Sequence record: KX009778
DNA: 64,000 bases
Source: Escherichia phage UFV-AREG1
Direction: 5' to 3' (one strand)
The translations under genes were made by a program, and so were the position numbers. The notes beneath the pieces are model-generated. The model was not told where the DNA came from and did no database searches. It saw only the letters and a program-made list of their open reading frames with translations. This document shows positions 28,512 to 39,151 of this stretch, in pieces. How positions within the stretch are numbered: the stretch's first letter is position 1; every line of letters starts with the position of its first letter.

Positions 28512-29471
28512 TCACTTCCACTGCATTTCACATGCCAATTGAATGAAAAGATATGCTAAATGTAATTCCGTATTAGCCGCAATTCCATGATACTGGTTAT
28601 TTTCACCAACAATTTCATACATACGAATAATACTCTGTGGAGTTACACGTGAATAAATTTCTTCGGCAAGTTTACCTACGAACCACGAATAATCAGCTGC
28701 ATATTTTGGTGCTAAAGCTCTGAGCTGTTTAACATCTTTATTTTTGAGAGACTCAAGAACATCATCAATAGCACCACGATCGTTAGTAACCAGTGATAAA
28801 ATACCAGCATCCAAAACACCTTTAGATGAATAACTATCGAGCTCGCCAATAGTTTTACGAAAATCAGGAAAATTCTTTTTAACCAAAGCTGCTACAACTT
28901 TCATATCAGCTATAGCAATTCCTTCATGCTTACAGATTTCAGTCAACCGACGAATCATCTGCTTCATCATTTCAATTTTATCTTCATCGGTCGGTTGACC
29001 GAATGTGATAACTCGACAGCGTGACTGAAGCGGTTTAATAATACCATCAATATTGTTAGCAGTAATAATAATACTACAGTTTGAACTATAAGCTTCCATA
29101 AAGGAACGAAGATGTCGCTGAGACTCTGCTAACCCTGAACGGTCAAATTCATCAATAACGATTACTTTTTGACGACCATCAAATGAAGCTGCGCTAGCAA
29201 AATTAGTCAAAGGACCGCGAACGAAATCAATTTTACAATCTGACCCATTCACAAACATCATATCAGCATTTACGTCATGACACAATGCTTTTGCTACGGT
29301 TGTTTTACCTGTTCCTGGAGAAGGAGAATGAAGAATAATATGTGGAATCTTACCTTTACTTGTAATAGATTTAAAGGTTTCTTTATCAAAGGCGGGAAGA
29401 ATACATTCATCGATAGTAGATGGACGATATTTCTGTTCAAGAATGTGTTCTTTTTCATTTACGGTAATCAT
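28512..29471 (-). CDS. 44: clamp loader ATPase gp44 (AAA+)
   Basis: ORF 28512-29486; start at MITVNEKEH gives 319 aa as T4 gp44; Walker A SPGTGKTT. Confidence 0.9.
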
Positions 29472-29504
29472 AATTTCCTCATTCAAGTTTTAGTGTAAAT
29501 TAAA

Positions 29505-29516
29505 GGGCCGAAGCCC
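29505..29516 (-). terminator. stem-loop with UUCG-type tetraloop between genes 44 and 45
   Basis: GGGC-CGAA-GCCC. Confidence 0.45.
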
Positions 29517-29520
29517 TCTA

Positions 29521-30207
29521 TTAAAAATCGTGGGTAGAATCAGCTTCAAGAGCTACTACATAATTCGCATGTTCACCTTCAAATTTAGCAGCGCCTTGTT
29601 TACCTTTTGCCCAGAGCAGAAGTTTATAATTTCCTGGTTGCATTTTCATATTTGCCATATTGATAATGAAATTAAATGTATTTTCACCATCATAATCACC
29701 AAGAGTCAAAGAATATTTAACACGGGTCAAAGCAGAATCTTCTACTTTATTAAAACCGTTAATTACGATTTTACCTTCTTTTACTGTGATAGCAATTGTA
29801 TCAATCTGCAGACCACGAGATACACGCAACAGTTGTTGAAGGTCTTCAGCTTTAATTTCAGTAACAACAGATGCTACCGGGAATGGAATTGGTTTATTAG
29901 GAGCAACTACTGTACTCGGATCGGCTGCTGGCCAAAAAATTGTTGAACGAGCATCAGCAATTTTAATATTTCCATCTTCTGACTGGGAAATTTCTGCATC
30001 ATCATTAACTAGAGACAGAATACCGAGAAAACCGTTCAAATCGTAAATTGCTACATCAAAATCAATAACGTCAGAAATATTTGCTTCCGCATAAGTTGTA
30101 CCATTAACTGCACGAGTCATAATAAATTGACCAGATTTAAGCATAATACCAGAGTTAATAGTAGCGAAATTTTTAAGCAGAGCAGTAGTATCTTTAGACA
30201 GTTTCAT
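29521..30207 (-). CDS. 45: sliding clamp gp45
   Basis: 228 aa as T4 gp45; synteny with 44/62. Confidence 0.9.
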   Translation of the reverse strand: MKLSKDTTALLKNFATINSGIMLKSGQFIMTRAVNGTTYAEANISDVIDFDVAIYDLNGFLGILSLVNDDAEISQSEDGNIKIADARSTIFWPAADPSTVVAPNKPIPFPVASVVTEIKAEDLQQLLRVSRGLQIDTIAITVKEGKIVINGFNKVEDSALTRVKYSLTLGDYDGENTFNFIINMANMKMQPGNYKLLLWAKGKQGAAKFEGEHANYVVALEADSTHDF

Positions 30208-30262
30208 GTAATTTCCTTCAATTCAAATGAGATTTAATTTTATAACTAATTTAATAAAGCAA

Positions 30263-30652
30263 TTAACGATTAAAATCAGCCGCAATTGTTTCCGCAACAA
30301 TTTGAGCAGCAACAATTAGACGTTCATCTGCGTTACCGCAATAATCATCTTCAAGGCGTTCACCGCATGAAGTCATAATAAATTTAGCACCGGCGTTTAG
30401 GGATTCTGTAGTATGTTTGCGCATCAGTTCAATCCATTTATCACTTACTTCACGATCGATAGCTTCATAATATGCATGACGAGCAGGTGCAGATTTAATT
30501 TTGTTCTGAATAACTTCCATTGCGTTATCAGAAAGAGACAAAACCCATGCTCGACGAATTTTATTTTGGTTTTGTGGATTTGATTCAGAACGCACGTGTT
30601 TTGGCTGAATATCTTTTACGTCAACAGTATAATTCACAGTAATTTTAGTCAT
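30263..30652 (-). CDS. rpbA: RNA polymerase binding protein RpbA
   Basis: 129 aa as T4 RpbA, between 45 and 46; synteny. Confidence 0.65.
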   Translation of the reverse strand: MTKITVNYTVDVKDIQPKHVRSESNPQNQNKIRRAWVLSLSDNAMEVIQNKIKSAPARHAYYEAIDREVSDKWIELMRKHTTESLNAGAKFIMTSCGERLEDDYCGNADERLIVAAQIVAETIAADFNR

Positions 30653-30661
30653 AATACACCT

Positions 30662-30850
30662 TTAGTCATAATAATCAGTAACAGTCCAAGCTTCATTTCT
30701 GTTGGACATTATTTTCGTATATTCTGATTTAAATGCATTCTTAAGCATATATTCAGTAACTATATGCTCTTCATTAGAAAAATTATTTCTCAGAATATAT
30801 CGTTTTATTTCAGGAATAGTTAATAGATGCTGTCCAGTTGAATATTCCAT
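30662..30850 (-). CDS. hypothetical small protein
   Basis: 62-aa ORF. Confidence 0.45.
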   Translation of the reverse strand: MEYSTGQHLLTIPEIKRYILRNNFSNEEHIVTEYMLKNAFKSEYTKIMSNRNEAWTVTDYYD

Positions 30851-30905
30851 ATTTTTCCTCCATAGAGATTATACTCTAATAAATTAAAGCATAATCTCTT
30901 ATAAA

Positions 30906-32588
30906 TTAAACCATTACAGTAAATCGACCAACTTTCTTCATTTGAAGATGCTGACCATATTCTTGTGGGTCATGGTCTTTATGCGAAATTATAAAAACAT
31001 TAGTATTTTTCATTGAATTTATAATATTAGCTACACCTTTAATACCTTCGGCATCAAATGACCCATCAAACACTTCATCGAGTATTAATGTACTAATACT
31101 AACACCAGATACAATAGAAGCAATATCACGCCAAGTAAATAAAAGAGCAATATCAATTCTTGCCTTTTCACCTTCACTGAATGAAGCATAACTAAAATCT
31201 TCACGACCACGGGATTTAATTGTCTCATTAAATTCTTCATCTAATGTAAACACATAATCCGCTTCCATTATTTTAAGATAATGGTTAATCTGCTTATTAA
31301 ATAATGGAATGTACTTTTTAATAATAGCACCTTTAATACCAGAATCTTTGAGCATATCAGTCAAAATTCCTCGGTGGTATTTTTCCATTACTAAATTAGT
31401 TTTTGTCTTAACAATTTTATCAAGTTCTTCTTGAAGCAGTGCTATTTCATCAGCATGGTCAATAAACTCAGAAGATGCTTTTTCTATAGCCGCTTTAACC
31501 TTTTTAGCTTTATCTACTGCTGCGATCAGAGATTGCTTTTTATTGCGAATATCATTTGCCAACGACTGCTGGGTTTTAATATTATCTCGGTATTCATCAA
31601 CAAGAACTTTTAAATTATCACGATGTGTTGAAAGCTGTTCAAACGAATGCGTGCATTCAGAAACTTTATCTTTAATTTTAGAAACAACTTTATCACCGGA
31701 ACTTAATTGTGACAAACAGGTTGGACATAATCCACCTTCGTGATACATATTAATGACTTTATTATACGAGTCAATTTTTGATTTAATTAAAACTGCTTCT
31801 TGACCGATTTTATTAAATGCATCAGTCGGGTCTTCATCCAAAACAATATTAACTAATCTTTCGTTAGCTTCTTCTATTTCCGATTTTAGTGTTCTAGCTT
31901 CTTTTGCCAAATCATCATACATATTTTGCAGACGAGTAAGATTGTCACCTGTTAATTTTTTCTGACGTTCAACGTTATCATTATATATTTTAATTTGTTG
32001 GATAATACTATCTTTTTTAACATCAAGCACTTGGTTTTGTGAATTTAATTCACGTATTAGTGCTTTATTAAGCTTATCCATTTCAGCTAATGTTCCTACC
32101 TCAAGCAGGTCTTCCACAAGCTTTCTTCGCGCAGGGGTCGACAAACCCATGAAAGGGGTATACCCTGCTGTACCAAGGACAACAATCTGCTTGAAACTGG
32201 CATATGACATTCCGATAAGCTGTTCAAATTCTGCTTGGAAATCTTTACTGCTGGCAGATTCATTAAGACGTGTACCGTTAACGGTGATTTCAAAAACGTT
32301 CGGTTTTTGTCCTCTTTTGATATAGTACTTTTTCTCATCATATTCCATCCACAGTTCAACTAAAAGTTCTTTCTTATTTGTGCTGTTTATTAATTGACCT
32401 TTCTTTACATCACGAAATGGCTTGCCAAAAAGCCCAAATGTGATGGCTTCTAACATAGTAGACTTACCACCGCCATTTCGTCCAGTAATAAGAGTTTTTT
32501 GAACCTTATCTAGTTGAATGTCAATAGGATTTCCACCTACTGACATTATATTTTGATACCTAACTCGGTTTAGTTTAAAATTCTTCAC
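30906..32588 (-). CDS. 46: recombination nuclease subunit gp46 (Rad50/SbcC-like ATPase)
   Basis: 560 aa as T4 gp46; Walker A GRNGGGKST, long coiled-coil middle, C-terminal signature region. Confidence 0.9.
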   Translation of the reverse strand: MKNFKLNRVRYQNIMSVGGNPIDIQLDKVQKTLITGRNGGGKSTMLEAITFGLFGKPFRDVKKGQLINSTNKKELLVELWMEYDEKKYYIKRGQKPNVFEITVNGTRLNESASSKDFQAEFEQLIGMSYASFKQIVVLGTAGYTPFMGLSTPARRKLVEDLLEVGTLAEMDKLNKALIRELNSQNQVLDVKKDSIIQQIKIYNDNVERQKKLTGDNLTRLQNMYDDLAKEARTLKSEIEEANERLVNIVLDEDPTDAFNKIGQEAVLIKSKIDSYNKVINMYHEGGLCPTCLSQLSSGDKVVSKIKDKVSECTHSFEQLSTHRDNLKVLVDEYRDNIKTQQSLANDIRNKKQSLIAAVDKAKKVKAAIEKASSEFIDHADEIALLQEELDKIVKTKTNLVMEKYHRGILTDMLKDSGIKGAIIKKYIPLFNKQINHYLKIMEADYVFTLDEEFNETIKSRGREDFSYASFSEGEKARIDIALLFTWRDIASIVSGVSISTLILDEVFDGSFDAEGIKGVANIINSMKNTNVFIISHKDHDPQEYGQHLQMKKVGRFTVMV

Positions 32589-32848
32589 AAAAGATTCCTT
32601 TTAATGTATCTTTTAGACCATTCTATCATATCATCATAATCTAAAAAGTATTCATCAAATTCAGCCATGCAAACAACACCTTGTGCTGCTTTTGATGTGA
32701 TATAAATTATTCCAACATATCTAGAATCTTCTTCGGTGTAATCAATATTTGCTATGAATTCATCATTAATGTCAAATGTCGAAAACTTCACAGTATGCAT
32801 CCTTAATACAAGATACAGCCATATCTTGTAATGATTTAGGTGTGTCAT
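32585..32848 (-). CDS. hypothetical small protein
   Basis: 87-aa ORF between 46 and 47; start uncertain. Confidence 0.35.
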   Translation of the reverse strand: MTHLNHYKIWLYLVLRMHTVKFSTFDINDEFIANIDYTEEDSRYVGIIYITSKAAQGVVCMAEFDEYFLDYDDMIEWSKRYIKRNLL

Positions 32849-33035
32849 TATCTAAAATGTTGAAGTTAAAAGATACAGCCCAGTCAGTGCAGACCGTGAC
32901 CTTTTTAATACAATTATCTTCAACCTCTAATGGTTCAAACCAATATTCAATAATTTCTTTATGCCCAATATCATCTTTTACTTCGCATTCAAAATGCTGA
33001 CTCATCATAACATTTTTAAATTCATCAAAAGTCAT
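32772..33035 (-). CDS. hypothetical small protein
   Basis: 87-aa ORF between 46 and 47, overlapping 47 stop. Confidence 0.4.
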   Translation of the reverse strand: MTFDEFKNVMMSQHFECEVKDDIGHKEIIEYWFEPLEVEDNCIKKVTVCTDWAVSFNFNILDNDTPKSLQDMAVSCIKDAYCEVFDI

Positions 33036-34051
33036 TGTGTTGCCTCTACATATAGCTGGTTTGCATATTGAATAAGTGCTTCACGGTCAGAATCAGTGAT
33101 GTCTGGAATTGCATTAATGTATTCTTCCATCAACGTCTGAAGAGATTGAACTTCAACTTCTTCACTGTCATCTGACTCGACAGAGTTATCAATTTTTGAC
33201 ACAACTCGTAATGAATGCACAACTTTTTCTAGTTCAGATTCGAACTTCGTTAGATTTTTGTCTACTTCAGTTACTATAACACGTACTGATAGATTTGTAA
33301 AATCTTTATAGTCAATTTTTCCTTTAAATGGATAATGAATTCTACGATGCCAGGTAGTATTGTTTGGAATAAATTCCATTCGTTCTGTTTCTGTATCAAA
33401 CATCCAGAACCCACGAGGGTCATTCTCGTCACCTGCAGTTAGTGTCCATGGTGTCCCAATATATCTGACGTTAGCAGCCTCAGAGATAGTATGGAAGTGA
33501 CCAGACCACACTTCTTTATAAGTCTTAAGGAAATCAGGTTCAAGACCGTGAGATTTCATTCCTTTATAAAAATAAAATCCGTTCAGTTCCCAGTGACCAA
33601 CACAAAAAGAAGCAGATGAAGTTTTGATATGCTCAAGAATTTCACCAGTATTTTCTTCACACATCCAAGGAATTAAATCAATCAAACATCCGTCAAAATC
33701 TACTGTAGTAGGCTTATCATACACTTTAACATTAGGATATTTAGCCAAAAGCTCAGTAGAGGCATTTGGAGTTAAAGTATTTTTAAAGTGCATATCATGG
33801 TTTCCTACAACAGTATGTAGGGTAATACCAGCATCATCAAGCATTTGAACTATTTCACGAGCAAACTCCATAGTTTTATGCGTGATTGCTTTTCGCACAT
33901 CAAAAATATCGCCGTATTGAATCCAGGTAGTAATTCCATTTTTCTTAGAATATTCTATTGCTTGTTTAATTCCATCCAACTGAATAGATTGAACCCACTC
34001 ATCATCGGCTTTAACGCCTAAATGCCAATCACCTAAATTTAAAATTTTCAT
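33032..34051 (-). CDS. 47: recombination nuclease subunit gp47 (Mre11/SbcD-like phosphoesterase)
   Basis: 339 aa as T4 gp47; calcineurin-like phosphoesterase motifs (GDWH, GNHD, GHWE). Confidence 0.9.
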   Translation of the reverse strand: MKILNLGDWHLGVKADDEWVQSIQLDGIKQAIEYSKKNGITTWIQYGDIFDVRKAITHKTMEFAREIVQMLDDAGITLHTVVGNHDMHFKNTLTPNASTELLAKYPNVKVYDKPTTVDFDGCLIDLIPWMCEENTGEILEHIKTSSASFCVGHWELNGFYFYKGMKSHGLEPDFLKTYKEVWSGHFHTISEAANVRYIGTPWTLTAGDENDPRGFWMFDTETERMEFIPNNTTWHRRIHYPFKGKIDYKDFTNLSVRVIVTEVDKNLTKFESELEKVVHSLRVVSKIDNSVESDDSEEVEVQSLQTLMEEYINAIPDITDSDREALIQYANQLYVEATQ

Positions 34052-34211
34052 ATATCAAGAACCGTCATTGAAATGCAAAATAAAATTATTGAAATAAACC
34101 CATCTGGTGTGCTAAAGAACCCAATCCAACATGCTCTAGTGAATAGATAAAATGCAAGAAAAAGTATCACATATCCAAGAAATATCATTATATCAAACTC
34201 CGTATAAAGCT

Positions 34212-34229
34212 AAAGGGCCGAAGCCCTTT
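34212..34229 (-). terminator. stem-loop terminator downstream of a-gt
   Basis: AAAGGGC-CGAA-GCCCTTT overlapping the a-gt stop codon. Confidence 0.55.
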
Positions 34230-35430
34230 ATTTTGTAATAATGTCAAACTGTTCTTTAAAGCAGAAGCTTGAATCTTGATGCTGATACAAAAATTCATAT
34301 GCTTTTTCTCGCTCATGATCATAAAGAGCTCGGTCAGATGACAGTTCTTTAATACGTTCAAATGTTGATTCCATATCATTTTCATCAAACCAAATGATAC
34401 CGCTATCATGCGAGGTCAAAGGAGTATTATCAACACGGAATTTTAAATTTTCGCCAGTAGATTTCCAAAATACTGGAATTGTTCCACACGCGCCAAGCTC
34501 GAGATGAGTATATTCTAAAGAACGTTGTAGATATTTTTTGTCCAACTTACTCAGCTGATAACCAAATCCGGATTTACTCATGCGTTCAAGCATTTCGCTA
34601 TTTACATAACGGTCAAGAATTTGCGTTGGCAAATTAGGAGCAATTTTAATTTGGTCTACTTGATGAAGACGATAATACTCGTATGGAATTCCTTTTTCTT
34701 TAATAGGAATGAACGCTGGAGAACGTTCCAGACCTTCCATAATAGTACTTAGTCCTGCAGGTTTAAGATGTTTTTCGTGAAAATCAAACATCTGATAAAA
34801 ACCTTTCCATGTAGTCGTACGACCAATCCAACGGTTGATATTCATGTTAATTTCAGAAACATCTTTCCAGTAGGTTGACCGAACCTTCGCAATATCCATA
34901 GGAGGCTGAAAGTTATATACTGTCGGTGCTTCTTCAATATCATCAAACAGAGAAACAGTTTCTGGATACCACTCTTTCATCAGAACTTTATTAAAATCAC
35001 CATTATCAGAATGGCTAAAAATAACATCAGCTCGACGAACAGTTTCTTCTAATCCCAAATTTCGACGCAAAGAAAGAGAAGAATGGTCATGTTGATAAAC
35101 TACAACACGAACAGAAGGTTTAATGTTATCAATAATTTTTTTATAGTTATTAATAGTGTCTTCTTCAACCGAAGTAGCAGGAACTGAATTGATAATTAGA
35201 ATATCACAATCATTTACCAGCTTAAGTGTTTTATCATATTCTTTTGCCAATAAAACCGGAATTGAAAATGATTTATAATCATGCGCGCAGTTACGAGTAA
35301 ATGATTTATCTTTAGCATAAACCAAAGTTACTTCATGACCATTTTTAATAAACCAATCACGCTGCTCAAGAGAAAATTTAGTTACACCGCAACCTTCAAG
35401 ACCTCGAGCCATAAAAATACATACTTTCAT
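34228..35430 (-). CDS. a-gt: DNA alpha-glucosyltransferase
   Basis: 400 aa; MKVCIFMARGLEGCGVTKFSLEQRDWFIKNGHEVTLVYAKDKSF nearly identical to T4 alpha-gt as recalled. Confidence 0.9.
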   Translation of the reverse strand: MKVCIFMARGLEGCGVTKFSLEQRDWFIKNGHEVTLVYAKDKSFTRNCAHDYKSFSIPVLLAKEYDKTLKLVNDCDILIINSVPATSVEEDTINNYKKIIDNIKPSVRVVVYQHDHSSLSLRRNLGLEETVRRADVIFSHSDNGDFNKVLMKEWYPETVSLFDDIEEAPTVYNFQPPMDIAKVRSTYWKDVSEINMNINRWIGRTTTWKGFYQMFDFHEKHLKPAGLSTIMEGLERSPAFIPIKEKGIPYEYYRLHQVDQIKIAPNLPTQILDRYVNSEMLERMSKSGFGYQLSKLDKKYLQRSLEYTHLELGACGTIPVFWKSTGENLKFRVDNTPLTSHDSGIIWFDENDMESTFERIKELSSDRALYDHEREKAYEFLYQHQDSSFCFKEQFDIITK

Positions 35431-35481
35431 TTAATATCCTCATTGTTTTTGGTTTATTTTACCAAAAATTTATAAAGCAAT

Positions 35482-35500
35482 ATAGGAGCCGAAGCTCCTA
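35482..35500 (-). terminator. stem-loop with UUCG-type tetraloop
   Basis: TAGGAGC-CGAA-GCTCCTA upstream of a-gt. Confidence 0.45.
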
Positions 35501-35671
35501 TCCACATAATACGCCATACAGAGGCTCGTTAGAACTTTTAAATTTTATGCGCTTATATGTTATAGTTCCTTCTGCTTTAGCTTTATCATGAGACTCTTTA
35601 AAGCGTCTCATCATTTCCTCTTTAGAGGAACGAATTTTATTATAATCTATTTCAGAAGTCTGGATGTTCAT
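35498..35671 (-). CDS. hypothetical small protein
   Basis: 57-aa ORF not in track (MNIQTSEIDYNKIRSSKEEMMRRF...); stem-loop overlaps its stop. Confidence 0.4.
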   Translation of the reverse strand: MNIQTSEIDYNKIRSSKEEMMRRFKESHDKAKAEGTITYKRIKFKSSNEPLYGVLCG

Positions 35672-35674
35672 CTT

Positions 35675-35881
35675 TCACAGTTGCCACCATTTTTTGACTT
35701 GATAAGAATCAACCCACACTTTCATATTAGGGTCTGCTCTTACAATAGGAGGATTAACTTCTTTAATTGAACTATCATGGTATTCTTTTTCAGAAATTTT
35801 CACACAAAGATGACCATTCAAAGATTCAGTAAATCCTGCATTAATTTTAAGACGCTTGAATTTTACGTGTGTAAGCATCAA
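35675..35881 (-). CDS. hypothetical small protein
   Basis: 68-aa ORF. Confidence 0.45.
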   Translation of the reverse strand: MMLTHVKFKRLKINAGFTESLNGHLCVKISEKEYHDSSIKEVNPPIVRADPNMKVWVDSYQVKKWWQL

Positions 35882-36164
35882 TCATATCCTCAATCTGTGA
35901 TCTAGTAGTCTTCCAAAGAATACTAATGAGTTCATCGTTATATGGCTGTTTTAGAATATCCCGACTTTTCTTGATAGCATATTCGTATTGAGCAAAATTA
36001 TTGTTTTCAGCTGCAATCTGAGCGTGCTTATAAAGACGATTCAGTTCGCGTTTGTTTTTAGACAATAACTTATTTGCTTTTCTTTCTGCTTCAAGACGGT
36101 TCTTTTCTTCAATAGAAGAAATAAGCTTTTCCACTTCATCATTAATTTCGGGTTTATCAGTCAT
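35847..36164 (-). CDS. hypothetical protein
   Basis: 105-aa ORF. Confidence 0.5.
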   Translation of the reverse strand: MTDKPEINDEVEKLISSIEEKNRLEAERKANKLLSKNKRELNRLYKHAQIAAENNNFAQYEYAIKKSRDILKQPYNDELISILWKTTRSQIEDMIDAYTRKIQAS

Positions 36165-36165
36165 A

Positions 36166-36411
36166 TTATTTCTCTAATATAAAATAAAAATCATCATCTG
36201 TTAAATGATACCGATAGTTTAATTCTACACCATTAGATTTAAAAGCGGTATCATACGGATTTTCTGGATCAATATCAATGTCAAGAGCTAAAACTTCCCT
36301 GAGATACATTTTAAGTAAATAGGGAATAGCTTCAACTTCAGGTATTTCTTCCAAGAATCCGGAGAGGTTAATCGTTAGCCTCATATAAAAAATCCAAACT
36401 AGGAGAATCAT
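36166..36411 (-). CDS. hypothetical small protein
   Basis: 81-aa ORF overlapping gene 55 stop. Confidence 0.45.
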
Positions 36412-36925
36412 CTACAACACTTTTCTTTTCAGCCCCCGGTGTTCTATAGGTTGATTCTTCGTAATGCGTCATTTTATCATAGATGTCTTGAATAAAAGTT
36501 TCATCTACTAACGCAACCATATCGTCGTCACGACTGTCATAGACATTGTGAACGAAGTAACTATATTTCTTTGCAACTTCCTTACGTTCTTTTTTAATAC
36601 GTTGGACGAATGCATTAAAACAAGCTTGAGTTATATATGCATGTGGGTTTTTATATTTCGTTTCATCAAAATTATGAAGCCCCTTAATAGAAGCTTCTAT
36701 ACCATCTGCAATCATTTCTTGTTTCCAAGACTGGGTGTATCCTGAAAAGTTGAAACGTTTAGATAAGCCTTCTGCAATAAGCATAATGGCTAATCCGATA
36801 GTATCATTCTGACGAACTACTTTATTTGGGTCTTTATTATTTGCTAATTCTGTTTTCCAATCAATAATAGCTTGTAAAAGCTCTTTATTGTTTACGTAAT
36901 TATATTTAGGCTTAGTTTCTGACAT
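36368..36925 (-). CDS. 55: late-transcription sigma factor gp55
   Basis: start at [24 protein letters not shown] gives 185 aa as T4 gp55. Confidence 0.85.
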
Positions 36926-37003
36926 TTTCACCTCTTAGCTCAATTCATAGATCTATTATATCATAATATTTGAAGATCTATCTTAAAGCACAGAGGATAT
37001 CAG

Positions 37004-37273
37004 TTATCTAAGTAAGCAGTATGCTTGGAACACTTTCTCCATCATCTTTTTAAATTCATGAATATCTATATAATGACTAGTTAAATCAGCATGATATAAA
37101 AAGTCTAAAAACTTTTCATGTGTGCTAACATATTCACTTTCATTTAATTCAGAAACATGACTTTCCCAATATCCAACACCAGTCTTATTTGGGAAAAATG
37201 AAATTTTCATGCATTGATCAACATAGAAAATGCCATAATTTTCAATAGTAATAGAAATATTAATAAATTTCAT
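37004..37273 (-). CDS. hypothetical protein
   Basis: 89-aa ORF. Confidence 0.45.
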   Translation of the reverse strand: MKFINISITIENYGIFYVDQCMKISFFPNKTGVGYWESHVSELNESEYVSTHEKFLDFLYHADLTSHYIDIHEFKKMMEKVFQAYCLLR

Positions 37274-37485
37274 GCATTCATCAACTTAGCCGCTCCAAGA
37301 GCTGCATCTAGTGAATCAAATTGGTCAACGTATTCAATCAATTCGCCGTAATTGGCATATAACCACCATTGGCTAAATTCATACTCAAGGATGAATCCAT
37401 TTCCTTCAATTTGAGTTAAACCATTGCCGTTTGTATTTACTTCATACCCAGCGAGACGCAAATCGTTAATAAGAGCTTCGTTCAT
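37270..37485 (-). CDS. hypothetical small protein
   Basis: 71-aa ORF. Confidence 0.45.
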   Translation of the reverse strand: MNEALINDLRLAGYEVNTNGNGLTQIEGNGFILEYEFSQWWLYANYGELIEYVDQFDSLDAALGAAKLMNA

Positions 37486-37487
37486 AA

Positions 37488-37814
37488 TTATACCTTAGTA
37501 ATTTTCAGGTCTGCAAATTTTTTCTTGCGTTGATTTTTCATGCGACGAATAGTTTTATCGGAAATTTCATGCTTTTGATAAGCTTTAGATTCTACACCAA
37601 AAGCTTTAACATCAAATTCTGACAAGATATATTGAACCAACAATTCACGGATAGTATTACGTCCAATCTTCTGATCATTCTGTTTCATCGTCTGATGAAG
37701 CTCTTTTTCCCATTTATCCAAAATTTGAGGAGTTACAATATCGCCTTTTTCTAGCAAAGAAACTACTTTATCATATGCGTAAGAATTGATGGCGTTTTTA
37801 ATTTGAATAGTCAT
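37488..37814 (-). CDS. hypothetical protein
   Basis: 108-aa ORF, basic C-terminus. Confidence 0.5.
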   Translation of the reverse strand: MTIQIKNAINSYAYDKVVSLLEKGDIVTPQILDKWEKELHQTMKQNDQKIGRNTIRELLVQYILSEFDVKAFGVESKAYQKHEISDKTIRRMKNQRKKKFADLKITKV

Positions 37815-37852
37815 ACATTATTCTCAATTACGTTAAAATTTTATTATCCAAA

Positions 37853-37868
37853 AAGGGCCGAAGCCCTT
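37853..37868 (-). terminator. stem-loop with UUCG-type tetraloop
   Basis: AAGGGC-CGAA-GCCCTT. Confidence 0.45.
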
Positions 37869-38067
37869 AGCTAAACTTTTTGGCACCCTTCCAGCCTTCA
37901 TACATCATTGCGGCTGATATTAATATTGCTCCTGAGCAACTTGAATATTTGTGATTCCAAAACCAGTTTAGAAAAACTTCGTCATCAATACCTTGGGCTA
38001 TCATATTTTCAAAGAACTGACGACGAGCTTCGGCAATTCGCTGCGATAATTTAGATTCAGGATTCAT
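37867..38067 (-). CDS. hypothetical small protein
   Basis: 66-aa ORF. Confidence 0.45.
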   Translation of the reverse strand: MNPESKLSQRIAEARRQFFENMIAQGIDDEVFLNWFWNHKYSSCSGAILISAAMMYEGWKGAKKFS

Positions 38068-38283
38068 TTAAATTTTCCAGTTACCATTTTCATCAATAAA
38101 TTTAATCCAGTCATTTACTGACCACTTAGTTGTATCACCTTTTGGAGTAACATTTAAAGTGTATAACCCCTGCTTAAAAAGCATTCGTTTGATATTCATA
38201 TTTTCCTCAGCTGTAACGATAACACTCGTTTGATTTACGTTTAGCAACTCGTTGAGAAGTATTATAATCAAAATCATCGTCAA
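38068..38283 (-). CDS. hypothetical small protein
   Basis: 71-aa ORF. Confidence 0.45.
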   Translation of the reverse strand: MTMILIIILLNELLNVNQTSVIVTAEENMNIKRMLFKQGLYTLNVTPKGDTTKWSVNDWIKFIDENGNWKI

Positions 38284-38500
38284 TGTAAACTGATTTTTTC
38301 AACTTTCTTACTTCACCGCGTAATTGACGATTTAGCTCATCTTTAACTTCTGAATCAATACCTTTCATTCTACGCCATTTATCTGAGCGAAAAATGTTTT
38401 CAACCATATCTTTATGACTTACACCATCAGGAGCTTTACGCTTTCCGAAATAGTCATAATCACGTACTTTTAAATCTTTACGACGATACGTTTTACCCAT
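38207..38500 (-). CDS. hypothetical basic protein
   Basis: ORF 38207-38545; start moved to MGKTYRRKDLK, overlapping upstream stop (ATGGGTAA). Confidence 0.45.
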   Translation of the reverse strand: MGKTYRRKDLKVRDYDYFGKRKAPDGVSHKDMVENIFRSDKWRRMKGIDSEVKDELNRQLRGEVRKLKKSVYIDDDFDYNTSQRVAKRKSNECYRYS

Positions 38501-38669
38501 GGAGTTTAATTTCCTTAGCAACTGAACTAAATACAGCACGATCACAAACCATGCGTTTGTTCCATTTAATCACAGTATAATTAACATCTAGATCATCGAC
38601 TGCTGTAACAATAACGATATGTCCGTTAACACGATAGTACTGGTCAATTTTAATCTCTTTATCAACCAT
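38493..38669 (-). CDS. hypothetical small protein
   Basis: 58-aa ORF not in track (MVDKEIKIDQYYRVNGHIVIVTAVDD...), GAGGAA RBS, early promoter 38700-38729. Confidence 0.4.
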   Translation of the reverse strand: MVDKEIKIDQYYRVNGHIVIVTAVDDLDVNYTVIKWNKRMVCDRAVFSSVAKEIKLHG

Positions 38670-38699
38670 ATCAATTCCTCAAAGGTAATTCATGTGTTA

Positions 38700-38729
38700 A
38701 TAATACCACGGTTTGAACTTGTTGTAAAC
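38700..38729 (-). promoter_or_regulatory. early promoter
   Basis: minus strand GTTTACA-17-TATTAT. Confidence 0.5.
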
Positions 38730-38810
38730 AACTTTGTGAAAAATATTTTAGGGAATGATAAGAAAGGAACGATAGCTTAGAATGGTAATATACAGAATGT
38801 AAGAAAGAAA

Positions 38811-38824
38811 GGCCCAGAGGGCCC
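38811..38824 (-). terminator. stem-loop downstream of glutaredoxin-like gene
   Basis: GGCCC-AGAG-GGGCC. Confidence 0.45.
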
Positions 38825-38827
38825 GTC

Positions 38828-39151
38828 TTAATCTTCTATGATATCTCTATCATATCCAAGTGAAATGAGAGTTTCTTTGAAGTGTTTAATGTTCTTTTGT
38901 CTAGAATCATTAATGAAAATGACTGGATAACGAATGTTAAGAGATGTGAATCCAGCGCGTTTAGCAAGAGATACAATCAGTGGACGATCATACTCAATCT
39001 TACCATTATTTGTAAGAACTTTATAGAAAGTAAAAGGAGCATTGAGCTCCTTTAGAAGTTTTGTAACTGATTGACATCCAGGACAACGACCTACTTCATC
39101 TGGAATTCCATAGACTTCAATCTTATTCTTTAAGTTCGAGTTTTGTTCCAC
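38828..39151 (-). CDS. glutaredoxin-like protein (NrdH position)
   Basis: CPGC redox motif (RCPGCQSVTKLL); likely GTG start at 39151 with AAGGA RBS rather than the 150-aa track ORF. Confidence 0.55.
   Translation of the reverse strand: MEQNSNLKNKIEVYGIPDEVGRCPGCQSVTKLLKELNAPFTFYKVLTNNGKIEYDRPLIVSLAKRAGFTSLNIRYPVIFINDSRQKNIKHFKETLISLGYDRDIIED

Noticed and set aside
29530-29946. 138-aa plus-strand ORF
   Set aside because: Antisense within sliding clamp gene 45.
34188-34409. 73-aa minus-strand ORF
   Set aside because: Overlaps the a-gt 3' end out of frame and includes the terminator hairpin.
35441-35480. Minus-strand MotA box (TAAAGCA on plus) upstream of a-gt as a middle promoter
   Set aside because: No acceptable -10 element at the required 11-13 bp spacing.
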